DNA of 64,000 nt, from the NCBI GenBank assembly GCA_051362555.1, contig CM120642.1, positions 558,001-622,000 on the forward strand, in the 5' to 3' direction. Positions 25,376 through 38,300 of the stretch are shown here, piece after piece. Origin of the DNA: Lingula anatina (lineage: Eukaryota > Animalia > Brachiopoda). The notes beneath the pieces are model-generated. The model was not told the origin of the DNA, searched no databases, and saw only the letters and a list, made by a program, of their open reading frames with translations. A program made the translations under genes and the position numbers. Each line of letters begins with the position of its first letter. Position 1 is the stretch's first letter.

Positions 25376-25508
25376 ACTTTCCCAAAATCAATATCAAGAA
25401 GTAATCGCAAAAAAGAAAACTAGATCTGTGTTATTATCACAGATGGAAGAAAGATTTATTTAAAGAAGCATTGAATTTAGTGTATGAATTTTGTGTCATA
25501 CAGATGAA

Positions 25509-25514
25509 AATAAA
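25509..25514 (+). terminator. Polyadenylation signal of gene A
   Basis: AATAAA 134 nt after the stop, followed by a GT/T-rich tract; conserved at 52864-52869. Confidence 0.55.
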
Positions 25515-28500
25515 ACATTGACGGCTTGGCATTTGGTACTTTTTTATGTTCTCATATTGTCAACAGATATAAAGGGCTACTCAATTGGACTTTCTTACCA
25601 AAATATATTTTTCTGGGGCAAAGAGCAAGGCCTGTCCTAGTATTTGGATTCAATGATTTATTTCATTTTTAATTTAAGACTTTAGTTAAAATGGCTAAGC
25701 AGTCATAATAAATGGCATTTGTGGTCACAAGCATTGCCTTGTTTTCACACAAGAAAATGAGGGTTTGTTTTGAATAATGTCCTTGCGCCGTGTTTAATAG
25801 GGATGTTACAAGCTGGTAATGGCTACCCAAAGAGGCAGAGAAGATAATAATGACACAAGGTACTCTTCAGATAAACCTTTATTTAAGGGGTCCTTATTGC
25901 CTTTTAGAGTCTGAATTGAGGTAATTAAAGAAAGATTACAAGATATACATATGGTTGTGGGGGGGGGGGGTTAAAGAACCTCTAACAATTCATTTTGGCA
26001 GGAAAATCCTGAGGAATGGGCCTTTAATGGATTGTTTTTCAATGTTTCAATAACATAGCACATTGTTCAAAACTCCGAATAAAACTTGACACATACATTT
26101 TGTTTAGACAGTACTCACACAAAATCAATAAAAAATAAAAATAATTAAACTAGACTTAACAGCAAAGCTGGCCAAAAAGACAGACACCATACAGGAAAAA
26201 AAGCAGTAAAACTGTCAAACATATATATATATATAAAAGTCAACCTTTAGTAATGATGGATGAGATCCAATTTTAAAGTCACATGATAAATGGAGATTTT
26301 TTTTTTTTTTTTTGAAAAAGAAACCCAGACTACTAAGAGCACAAAACCCTTCTGCTTTGTAAGAATATGGATTTAAAATACATTAATAAATAATCCTGAA
26401 TCCACCCCTGTCGATATCTTACTTCCACATCAGTACCACACCTTTCCATTCCGTGGCCATTTTGAGATTATAACAGTACCTCAAATCAGATTCCATAGTA
26501 TTAATTGAACCAGAGGTCGGCAAAATGCAAAAAAACTTCTCTTGAAATAAAATTTAAAAATTAGTAAAAAAAACAGAAAAACAGTATTTTGCTGTTATTT
26601 ATCTTTAAATGAAAGGGTAGTTTTCAGAAAATCTTCATATCTACAATCAAATTTGATACAAAATTTATGTTCAAGGTCAAATCACACACCTTTGAAAATA
26701 TTCCAGTTTGTCTACATAACCTGCAAAGCTACTTACCTTTCTCAATTCAGGGCACAAAATGATAAAATCACCGAAACAAAAAACAAAATGCGGCCCTTTT
26801 CTTCTGAATTGCACAGAAAAATATGGTGGTGTAAACGTCCGACCAGATATTTACAGACAGTATTCAATGGTGCATTTTGGGGGGTCTTTGGGGTCGTAAC
26901 CCCCCCTCCCCACCTTAACACTAATAAAATACATCGAGTCCTCGAGGTGACAATCATACTAAAATCACAATGTTGACAAGCTTACTGTATTAAAAACAGC
27001 ATTATTTTTGCATAAATGGTCAGATGAAACTGATTTTCAAGCTTTGCCTATATTTTACTTATATTCATCAGTTCTGTTCGTTTGAAGACAACAGCTCATG
27101 ACAACTCACTGGTTTTCAGGTGACAACTTATTGTGTTATTGCTGAAGCATTGCAGAACAACAACAACAATGACGGTGACAACAGACACAGGTGATGGCCG
27201 TATTTACAGATATGCTGCATCTGTACAGAAAAAAAGACAGTATACTTAGGGGAAGCCAATATTAAACATATCACACTTATATGTTAGGTTGTGGAGAGGG
27301 GCTGCCAGGAAAGTGGATATCTTCTTAACCAACTGGTATATACCAATATGTTGCATATTTATAAAAAGGTTATTTCTACAGCTATTTATTTCATATCATT
27401 ATTTCATTATGTACTGTACTTGTTACGTAGGAAAATATAATGCTTCATTTCTTTCGGACAAGTAATGAGATTCAGAGATGTATAAAGCAGACATTTCTAT
27501 ATAGGTTTTTTTCTTAGTTATTTAGTTGTCCTGGTAGAATATTTTGTGAAAGTAAATAATGGAGTTGATAAGCTTTTAATCTAGCTACGGATGTGCTAAT
27601 GTTTCAGGTAGAGAGAGATAGAACGAAGGGGGGGATTCAACACTAAAATGAATGTGTCCTCATTCTGGTTCCTTTAAGGTTTTGTTTTAAAAATGTTTCA
27701 TGCACTTAAACCACAGATGCAGGTGAAATGCTGTAGTCCAACTTTTCATACTGTTATGCTGAGAGAAAATAGAGAGAGGCTAATACAAATGAAGAGAGAG
27801 ATCTCATGAGAATGATATCAATGACACACATTGTAATTTTAATTGGACATTAAGAGAGGTTGAGTGTCTAGTCAATCTCCCTGAAACAGTGTACAAACTG
27901 TTCCATGATGACTTAAGGTTATTTATATCCCATAAGCCAAAATCAGACTTCAAACAATTTTACATAAAACTGGAGGTTACACATGTAATAAAATATAATG
28001 TTCCTGGACTTTTTTTGCTGGAGAAAAAGTATAAACTGTGCTGTTTTGGTTCAGTGGTGTCTCTATGATGTTGTCTTCAGATGGGGCCATAGTAATACTC
28101 CAAAGGTTTAATAGTCTGCAGGTTCATTGGTCCAAATGTTCACTATAGAACCTTCGGACCAATGGGCCCTTGATTAATAAACTGGTGAAAATGTTACGAT
28201 TTTTCAGACCAATGAACCTTCGGACTATTGAGAAGCTCCCGTACAGATCATGCATCTTGGGGTCAGTACCATAGAGTCCACCCCTGAGCCAGAAGACTCA
28301 TGAGAATGATATTAATGGCACACCTTGCAATATTTAATGGATATTAAGAGAGATTGAGTTTCTAGTCAATGTCCCTGAAACAGTGTACAAACTGTTCAAT
28401 GATGATTTAAGGTGGATATATATCCTGGTAGTCAAAATAAGACAACTTTATATAAAACTAGAGGTTATACACAGTCATATAATATAACAGGCTCTTAGCC

Positions 28501-30386
28501 AGGGGGGTTGGGTGGGTTCGAAAGAACCCCCTTTTTGCCGGGAAAAGGTCCCTTCAGGGTAAAATTTAATCTAGGTACACGGATGTTTCAGGGTGAAAGG
28601 TCCACTTCTTCAGAAAAATAACCCCCTTATCAAATTGCTGGCTACGGGCCTGTATAATATAATGTTCATAGACATTTTTTGCGGGAGAAAAAGTATAATT
28701 GTCCTTTTTACTGTCATGATATCATGCTAGTTGTTTAAGGGTGAAATCTGTGCTGTTTTGGTTTCATGGTGTTCTCCATGCTGTTCTCTATACAGACCAT
28801 CTTAAGGTAAGGCCAAAGGGTTCACCTCCGGAGCCAGAGGATGTGGGTTCTCCACCATCTGGGGACATAAACAATACCTGCTGTAGGATGTTAAGATGCT
28901 AAGTGGTATTGGTGGTGTTGGATCGTTCTTGGTGGCTTTATTTGCAATTGGCATAGTTAAATCATCTGAACACACTGCTATATCTACAACCAATGAGGAT
29001 TACTGAGTGATGGCTGAAAATTATTTTCAGGTATTTCAGTAGGTAAAATGAATTTGATTAATTAGTACATTACCAACCCTGTTTGTAAGTATCATAAATG
29101 TGTTGATCAGCACTGTCCCTTTCGATATTCTAAATACAATACATTGATATATAAAGAAGAAAATGAACTAAAGAACTCAAATAAAGTCACATAATGATAT
29201 ATTTCAGGGTATATAATATTAACTTGCACACCTGCTAAAAGTCACTTCATTTTTCGAAATGGATAAAACATGTTTCATGCTGAACAGAAAAAGCGGGTCT
29301 GTACATTACCTGCGAATGGCTTAGGAAAATTGGATGCGGAAACGAACAGATGTATTCAAATGAACTTGATTGTGATTAGATGGCTTCTTGTGTGCCACTT
29401 CCACTAAGAGGAACACCGCGGCACTGCCCCGGTATTCAGTGAAACCTACTTGACACTTGGATGTCTTACTGCCTGATCTGGTGAGGTACGTTTTATCACA
29501 TCACTGGCATAGCCGAAGAGTAAAACTGACTTGCTACTGTGAGGCCTTACTGCCTGATCTGATGAGGTAAGTTTTGTCATTAAAATAAATCAGTGTAATT
29601 TTCGCTTTTAATTTACCATCAAGTTGAGATTACATGACATATCTGGAACAGAAATATATTGTTTCCTTCATATCCAGTTGTGAACCTGCGGCTATAATAT
29701 TGTGAGCATTTTTAAATATTGGTATTCATATTTCTTTAAAGACACTGGTACTTGTTGGAAAGTTAAAGAGAACTGTCATTAAAATTACTACAATTTGTAA
29801 TTTTACTCATTTATTTTAATGACCGATGACAAAGACACCTTGAAACATGTACATGTTAAATAGTCTTGTGTTCACCACTTAGTATTCACTTATAATGTAG
29901 GCAAGGTAGATAAAAGGTACTACTTCTCAAACGGATTGTCCTTTGTTTTTTAGTTAATTGTCTTTGTATATATATATTGTTTGTGTATTTTGAAAAATGC
30001 GTCATGTAGTGAGCCTGTAAAATGCACAGAGTATCTGCTAACATCTTAGTCCTCAGTTAAGTAATATGATTATTACTTTAATTAAATAGATGCTAATTAA
30101 TATGCCTATGTGGAACTTTATGAGTGCACAGGATTTTTTCAGGCCATTAAATTTGTTACATTGTACTCAGACAAATATTAAAATAAATATTGAATTAAAT
30201 ATCAAAGGCTGTGCACTCGCCTCTTGACTCATCTTTGGATAATGCTTTATACTGCAACAGAGATTCCCAGTTTCAATGCTTTAAACTCTGCACACGGAAA
30301 AGAATGAAACGACATTTTACTAACTGAAAAGCCACATGATAAAATCAATTTTAGGTTAATTGTGAGCTCCAATTAACACACCTTCC

Positions 30387-30452
30387 TTTATATTATATTA
30401 TATTATATTATATTATATTATATTATATTATATTATATTATATTATATTATA
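30387..30452. repeat. (TATAT)n microsatellite expansion
   Basis: About 13 units here versus about 2 at the equivalent site in copy A (~14960). Confidence 0.9.
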
Positions 30453-31029
30453 CATATAACTTTTCAAATTTTTATACACAACTAAATGAATTAATGTCAC
30501 TAAACTACATCATAAACTGACAAGTTACTTGCACTAAGCACAAGTAGACCTGCCTTTAATAATGAGGACAGAAACACAGATCTCCAGTAAATAACATAAC
30601 ATAATTCTTAGTAAAATGAAAAGTTTGCAGCAATATTGCAGCATATTTGCTGCAAAATAAAAGTTTGAAGCAACTACCCTGTAGTTTGCAGCAAATTCGC
30701 ACGAACATCATACAGATGCATATGAGGTCAATTTTATGCCACTAGCATATAGTTTGAAATAGTTTAACTAAGAGAATTACCAAAAAACATTCTTCAATAT
30801 TGCCCTAAAGATGATATTTGAACGGATTTTTCTGCTAGCTTTCTATGCTCTATATATGGGACAGAAAATTAGGTCAGATAAGTACAAAATTAGGTCAGAC
30901 CAAAATTTTAAGGAAAGTAGCCATCTAAAGCTATTTTATGGCTGATCGAGTGATTTATTCAGTTTATCTCTTGACATGTTACATTTATTTGAGTGGTGTA
31001 AGAAACTATTGAAGCAGTGGTTTTTCTGT

Positions 31030-31345
31030 GTTACTGGGAATCCACTCTCCACCGATGCTCGGTTCATAATTGTACCTTTTAGTTTGCAGCAGGTTTACAA
31101 GAAAGTCTTTATGTTCTAGAAAGTTTGCATTTCGTTTTTTTATTATTATTGTTATTTTCTATTTATTATTATTATTTATTTTATTATTTTTATTATTATT
31201 TTTTTGACACTGTATTGAGTATTCTTTGGGGTTATTTTCAGAGACTGCAATAAGTACCGTGTCATCTGCTACATTAGATTGTTTATGTTTTTGCCATTAA
31301 CTATCACTCCATCATGATGATGATCACAGAATAGATACATAGAAT
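31030..31345 (-). mobile_element. Old RTE-like LINE RT fragment (paralogs 61273-61545 and partial 15590-15700)
   Basis: The copy C version translates as DGVIVNGKNINNLRYADDTV. Confidence 0.7.
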
Positions 31346-33566
31346 CATTTCACTGTACCAGTAGATATTAAAGAGATATATGGTGATGACACACGTCACA
31401 TATCCAGTGTTTTACTCCTGTACAGATTGGTTTGAATTCACTGTCTATTTTTATGTTGCTACTTGTTCCCAGTAAAGGTTTTGTAAAATTCTTAGATCTT
31501 TGCAATCCAGGTTCAACTGTTCAAAGGTTTTAAAGAAGTCTTCATATTTTATTTTGTCAAATGCCTTTGAATAATCTATGAAACACAGGTATAGATCTTA
31601 CTGAACTTCTGCTGATCTTTCCATCAGAGTTTGGAAGGTAAAAATTGCATTTCTTGCTCAACGATCTGTTTTGCAATAATATAAACTTTATTTACTGCTG
31701 ACAGTGCCACAAGTCAAAATAATAAAATCGATAAAAGCTTTTAGTTGAACTACCAGTGCCCTTATGTGGTTTAGATAGAGTGACATGAGATGCATAGAAA
31801 GGGAAATACACTATTTAATTGGATATGCCCTCACTGAGGTTCATTTAAACAGTTTCACTTATCTGTAATGCAAAACTGCAGATACATTGGTGTAATGTGC
31901 TGTAGTCAAACCTTTTAATATAGTTAATTTCATTAAGAGAGAGAAAAAGATGGAGAAGTCAGAGGGCGGGAGAGAGAGATGAGATGGGGCTTGTAATCCA
32001 TTCATGGGATTTGGCTCATATTGAGTTCATATTGAGTCACATGTTGTGTTTGTAAATAAATTAAAAGTCCCATGGTTTTCTAACTAAAACTGTATTTTTA
32101 TCCAATGAATTATTCTTTCAAACTGAAAATAATATTTAAGCCAGTTTGTCCTTCATGGTGTTAACAATGAGATGTAGTTACATCACTGTATGTGATGTAC
32201 TCTGTACTACAGGTAACATCAAGTTCAAGGAGTTTATAGCTAACAAGTTGTCGAGCTATCATTTGGACGTCTGGCTGTTTTAGCTGAAGACATGCTGGAA
32301 TCCTTTGCTTGTACAGATTCTTAGCAGATTTTCCAATCAAGACATATGCTGATTTTCATGAAAAAAACTTTTTGTCGATGCTTAGTAATTTTATTTGGCC
32401 TAATTTCAATAACCTTCTGTCATATATAAATCACTCAAGTATTTCAATAATTCTTTCATTCAGTTGCACATGCTCTATGTTACGGTATGATTTGATCAAA
32501 GTGATCCATGATACATTGCTCAACAGATGCAATCATGAAGGAGTATATATGCAAGGCATATAATTCCAAATAAAACTGATTTTCATTGCAAAATTGTCAG
32601 GGTCATATTTATCTTTTCCTGCATTAATACATGTTTGAGAGTACCCATATCGTTTCATCCCTGCATCATTTCTTCTCCCCATTGCAGTCCAGCACTGGCC
32701 CGGTAGTATTTATGCAGGGGAGTAATGTTGCAGGGTAAGCAATCCCTGGGCCTCTGGGTTTAGGATGTGGGGGTGTACAGGCATGCAATACAGTACCCAT
32801 GTGTATCCCTGATGCCAGGTCTACCAATCACTCAAGTTTCACTTATTTAACTGTAATGGTCTAGGAAATAGTGGAAAATCAATGTGGAAAGCTGCTCCAG
32901 TATGCATATATGTGAAGGTTTCAGCCCTGTAATAAATCATGAAATGTACATTATGGAGCCCTATTCAGGGGCAGATCCAAGATTCATGGAAGGGGGGGGG
33001 GGGGAGGTCCGCACATGTGAAGCCGACCCTTCTCCCCCCCTCTTGCTGTGGGGTTTCGGGGGTCCTCTTAAGGGCCCCAAAAAATTTGGTATATTAGAAC
33101 ATTGTCATTTGAACGTTGCCATTTGGTATAGTTTACAATTATGATTCTGTAAGCCAATTCTAATTTTCCAAGGAGGACCATTGGTGTGATTTTTTTCAGA
33201 AATTGAAGGAGTGAGGACGACCCTGACCCCACCACCTTAAATCTGCCACGGCCTCCCTCTTCCCCTATACCATAAACTAGTTAATAAGTAGTTTTTTGTT
33301 TGTGCATAAAAATTGCTAAAATAAAGTCAGTCAGAGATTTCCATTCATTGTAGCTCTCTTCTGACAGGTCTACCATTATATCTGACCCCAATCTTCTCAA
33401 AATCATGCACAATCGTGTTTGATTTTATGCTATCTTCGATGATAGGCAAAACCGCAAGTTTTCAAATTGATTCCTCTCATATATTCCCGGTTTTGATTTC
33501 TACATATTAAATTAACTTTGTTGGTATTCCATATTATATTGGTATTTGATGGAGAGTATCATCTTA

Positions 33567-35042
33567 CTTTTTTCAGCTGCGTCTGTCGTCACAGCACCAT
33601 TGTTGCCATGCACTTTCACCGATAACAGGAAAAGTGGAAAACCATTTGACCTTTTGGCTTAAAATTTGCATAACTGATGGATATTCATAATACGCAGGTC
33701 AAGTGCGAAAATCAGCATGATCAGGCCATTTTATGGAAGTTATGCTATTTTTCCCCCTTTTTTCATCATATATGCAATACCAATAACACAACAAGTGAAA
33801 ACCGTTTTATTTTTTTGCTTGAAACTAACAGAACTGTTGAATATTTATAATACTTAGGTCAAATTAAAAAAAAACGGCTCTATTCGATTATCATTTTTAT
33901 TCATTTTATGCCTTTTTTTTTTTTTTTTTTTTTGAAATTTTCATTTTTTCTCATTCTGGCATTTTCTTAGTGTGATCTTGGTATTACCTGTTGTGTATAA
34001 TTAAAATTTGATGTTGACTTTGCAGTTAAGCATAATGTATTATTGCATGAGAATTGACAGTATCCTATTCGTGTATTATTATTTTCTGCTCTTTTTAAAG
34101 TATAACTTATGGGCCTGAAGAACTTTGCTAGTCACATTTGGGTGGTCAGTCTGTAATTTTTTTTGGGTAATCACTAGCTACGTTCAGAGCTATTATGTGA
34201 CTTGACTTGAATTAAGATTCATTTGGCCATGAAATGAGATTACATAAAACACCACTTGTATCTCCCTGTAAACTCCCATAGGTTGAGCTCTCTGCTAAAT
34301 AAGTGTTCATAATAAGGAAGCAGTGATAATTATGCAGGTAAATGTTGTTTAATATTGCAAAAAAAGTTTTCAAAAAATTATTTTGTGTTATGCCAACATT
34401 ATTGCTATAGATTAATTATTATCCTCAAACTCAGTGGGGTTATTGATATCATGTTAATACAGTAAGATTAAAAGTTTGAATAGCAGCTTTATTGGAATAT
34501 TTTTGGTATGTTTTCTTTTTAATTTTTTTCAAACACTGGCATTTTCAAGATGTGACTTTTAACTCCCATGCACATAAGCAGCTGTATTGGTAATTATATC
34601 TTTAAACACTATGTAATATTATTTTATGCACTGTTATTATTTTTCAAATATTGAGATTCTTTATGTGAATTTGAACTCTCATGGTCCTGAAACTGTAATT
34701 TCATTGCAGAGGCGGATTGAGACCATCTTCTGGGTCTTCTGGAAGACGGTCAAATTTAAAGTTTACATTGACGGGTATCTATTTTCTTTTCTGTTGGAAA
34801 ACCATCAAGAATGGAGGATGGATCAACAGAGATAATTTGGAACTCTGTAGAAAAATGTATCTGGATCCCCTCCTGTTACCGACCATGTCACCTGTGCATG
34901 ATTAAAATTCAGTGTCGATTGACTGCATTATTTATTTCTGCATCAAAATTGACAAAATGACCTATTTTCTTCATCTTTTATTTTCTGTTTTTTTTTTTTT
35001 TTTTTTTTTTGGTCTGTACATTTGACAGCTTTGCTGCCTTTT
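33567..35042 (+). mobile_element. HINE/DINE-like element upstream of gene B
   Basis: Paralog of 17875-19352; ends GTCTGTACATTTGACAGCTTTGCTGCCTTTT. Confidence 0.65.
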
Positions 35043-35169
35043 CAACCAATTTGAGGATGTAAAATATTGCATAAAAAAGTTGCATAAAAAATTGTCCATA
35101 TTTTGTCTATATTTTGTTTCATTCCAGCATAAAGTATAAAGTACTAAGTGTAAAATCAGCCAATCAGTG

Positions 35170-35271
35170 ATGGGAATGTTGTTCTGGCGGCTTCTTCTTC
35201 TGGTGTTGATGGAGTGTGTCTTGGTCCGCCACATTGTCTCGTCAGGTAAGTAAAAGGGCCAGTCTGACAAA

Positions 35272-35354
<83 letters not shown>

Positions 35355-38300
35355 CTCACTAATTAAGTAGAGGGACAAGACTGACAGAGAATACATATAT
35401 ATATATACGTAGATTGACGGAATGTTCTGCCAAACATGTAAAAAAAAGGGGCCGAACTGACGGATAAAAGGTCTATACTGCATTACTCATCAGGAAAACA
35501 TAATGTATAATGTAATTAATTATATTAGTTTTTGTTTTGTTTAATTCAGTGAAGTTGGAGAGAAAATATGATGAATGATATATCAAATGTAAAAAAGGGT
35601 TTTACTGTGAAAGTGATGTAAATTTAAATTAATGTTATGAACTATAAGAACTGTCACAGTGTGGACGTCACAACACATATAAGAGGATATTTTAATAATC
35701 TATTATTAATATTAATAATAAAATACCCTATATGTAAGATGTAGCTAAATCGTAAACTAAATGAAAATGCTTAGTATGTAACTGGTTAAATCGCAAATTT
35801 CTTTTTAGCCAGTTGCAATCCTAACTGTCACTATTGCGCTTCAGATGGTGTTTATCTGCAATTTATCTGCAATTTCAGATCACAAACGATTTAACATTTT
35901 CAATCAATGAGTAAACCTATTATTGGACTATAATTGGAGAAATGTCTCCCCTCACACATTCCCCCGTTGTAATGGTGAGTTATCCCCCATAGTGAGGGGA
36001 GGTTACTAGAACTCAGTGGAGGTTGAGGTAATGTTTAATTTTAAAAGCAGAGTCAGTTCACGGTAAGACAATTTCTACAGTGACTTCAGCTAACTCCACG
36101 CCAACTTCAAATCATTCTGGATTCTGCCCAGACCATGTCAAATTATTTGTGATCTGAAAGAGCTGATTAAGACCATTTTGGGCATACTCATGCCTTGCTA
36201 TGATCATATATATATATATATATGTGATGTGGTAAAGGGGTGAGCGGTGCACATATACTACTTACATATATATATATATATGTAAGTAGTATATGTGCAC
36301 CGCTCACCCCCCATTTGGAAGGAGGACCCCAGGGGGACCTGTGACATAAGTATGACGTAACAGCACATAATCATCGCGAAGGGGGCCTCAGGTGGATCTA
36401 TGCCGAATCCGTGTCCATTTCACAATATTGGAAATCAGACGGATCTACGAATTTCATCATAAAGTTGTAATAAAACTCTAACATCCGTAGCTTGGTATAC
36501 TGATACACCATCACACCAATATGCAGAGGCACATCAAATTTTATTACTTTTTTATTCAACTCTATTTCGTAGGTATTTTGAGTTGTTTGGTCTAAGCGCC
36601 TAAAGCGAGGATTGCACACTTTTACGAGGCCTTTGATTCTCCACAGTATTCGGTGTCGCGGTGTTTTTCTTTGTTTGTCACCGTCTTACCGTAGCCCGAG
36701 TTGCCAATGAGTTTCATGGTGTCGGCAATGATAGTCTTTGATTTGTCTTGGTCTACTTCTCTTCGAGCTTTGCTGACCGTGTTACCAAAATATTCAAAGC
36801 AGACATTCGGCGTGTACTCGACTACCTGATAGATCCACAAAACACGAAGACCGTGTGCCAAATACCATTTCAAAAGAGGGGTGGCCAAAACGATTTTTCC
36901 CCAAAGAAACTACCAATCAATGATCGTCTCGGAACTTTCATGATGCTGTTCTCTTCGGTGAAATTTCTCATAAAAGGCCCAATGTCATCTCGGGTGATGG
37001 TGCTATTTTTAAAGACAGGAGGCATTTCGGAAAATCGTGATCGTAGATCCGATGGTACTTCTACGTCACACTCGATGAATCCAAATAATTCGTCACCTTG
37101 AATGGCTTGTACAATTTCTTCAAATTTTAGCCTCAATTTGTTTTCCGTGGGGAGTTTGTATCGGTTGACAAACATGGGGACGTCAACATTTTCACGTTGA
37201 AGTCGTTTCCACTCACACTCCCACATTTCTATTAAATTGTACCCACATTTTTTTTTTTGTATCTGCTTTTTTTTCCGGTTTGGATTCGTAGGGATTCCAT
37301 TGAGAGTTTTTTGGTTTCGTTAAATTCTAAAAACGTTCAGTCATTTCTTTGGGTGAGATGGCAATGGTGGACGTGAAAATAACAGCCATGGTACTGGTAC
37401 ATGGTCTTCGAGTTCTTACAATACCCATCAACCGGTAGACGAGGACGATACCCAACGCGCTTTTTGGTGTTGTTGAATTGATGTCTGATGTTTACGCCAT
37501 CAGAATGGGCAACCCAGTCTAACCACATCGTAGCTTCCCTACCACGATGATGGGAATATTCACGTTTGAACCTAGATTCCTCACGTGTGCCCGTGAGCAT
37601 GGGTTGTATCAAGCACCAAAGGTATAAAGCATTGGCATCGTAACCAATGATTTTTTGCATACCTTCGGTGCTTGTCCACTCGTTTCCATGGTTGTCTTCG
37701 TAATAAAGGTCTTATTCCACTCATGGTAGCAATGAAAGATTATGCTGGGTCCACCCACTATGGCGTATTATACAAATAGTGCAGGTGGCTATTTTTGTCG
37801 TCCAAAAGGGTAAAATAGGCATCTCCCACGTTCTGAAAAAGGTATTTTAACGTCAACCCAGGCACGCTTATGCCATCTTTGAACATATCAATACCTCTTT
37901 CTTCATTGAAGGTAAACATTTTGCCCACAGCTTGTAACGTTGGAACAACATCTTTATTGTTATACCATGTAAGAAAATCACGCATTGTTTTCATGTTGTT
38001 CTCCCGCCAAACTTGTTTGCACAATGCGTAATCTTCTTCTCTAATGGTGGTTTGTTTTAAGTTGGAATAAAAAGCTTCTCGAGGAGGAATGTCGGAGTGT
38101 TCGAGTTAATCCAAGGAGGCCATCCATTCGTACAGAAAGAACCCCTTGGACTCTTTGCACTCAAACACCCTAAGGAATTGCCAGTAACTACAAACCGGAG
38201 CTAGGTAATTGCAAATATCCAAAATTTTAAGGCTATCAGACATCAACACCATAAAGTTGTTGTTTCATTTTACCACAAACATGTCGCTTCCGCATTTAAC

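Larger units (their letters stand above)
6375..25587 (+). repeat. Segmental duplication copy A (contains EGF-repeat gene A)
   Basis: Colinear with 26936-52941 from GAGGTGACAATCATACTAA to AAAGGGCTACTCAATTG, apart from copy-specific insertions. 1950-2430 also resembles 26420-26860. Confidence 0.9.

Noticed and set aside
34971-35483. 170-aa minus-strand ORF
   Set aside because: Runs through the TA/GA microsatellite and is antisense to exon 1.
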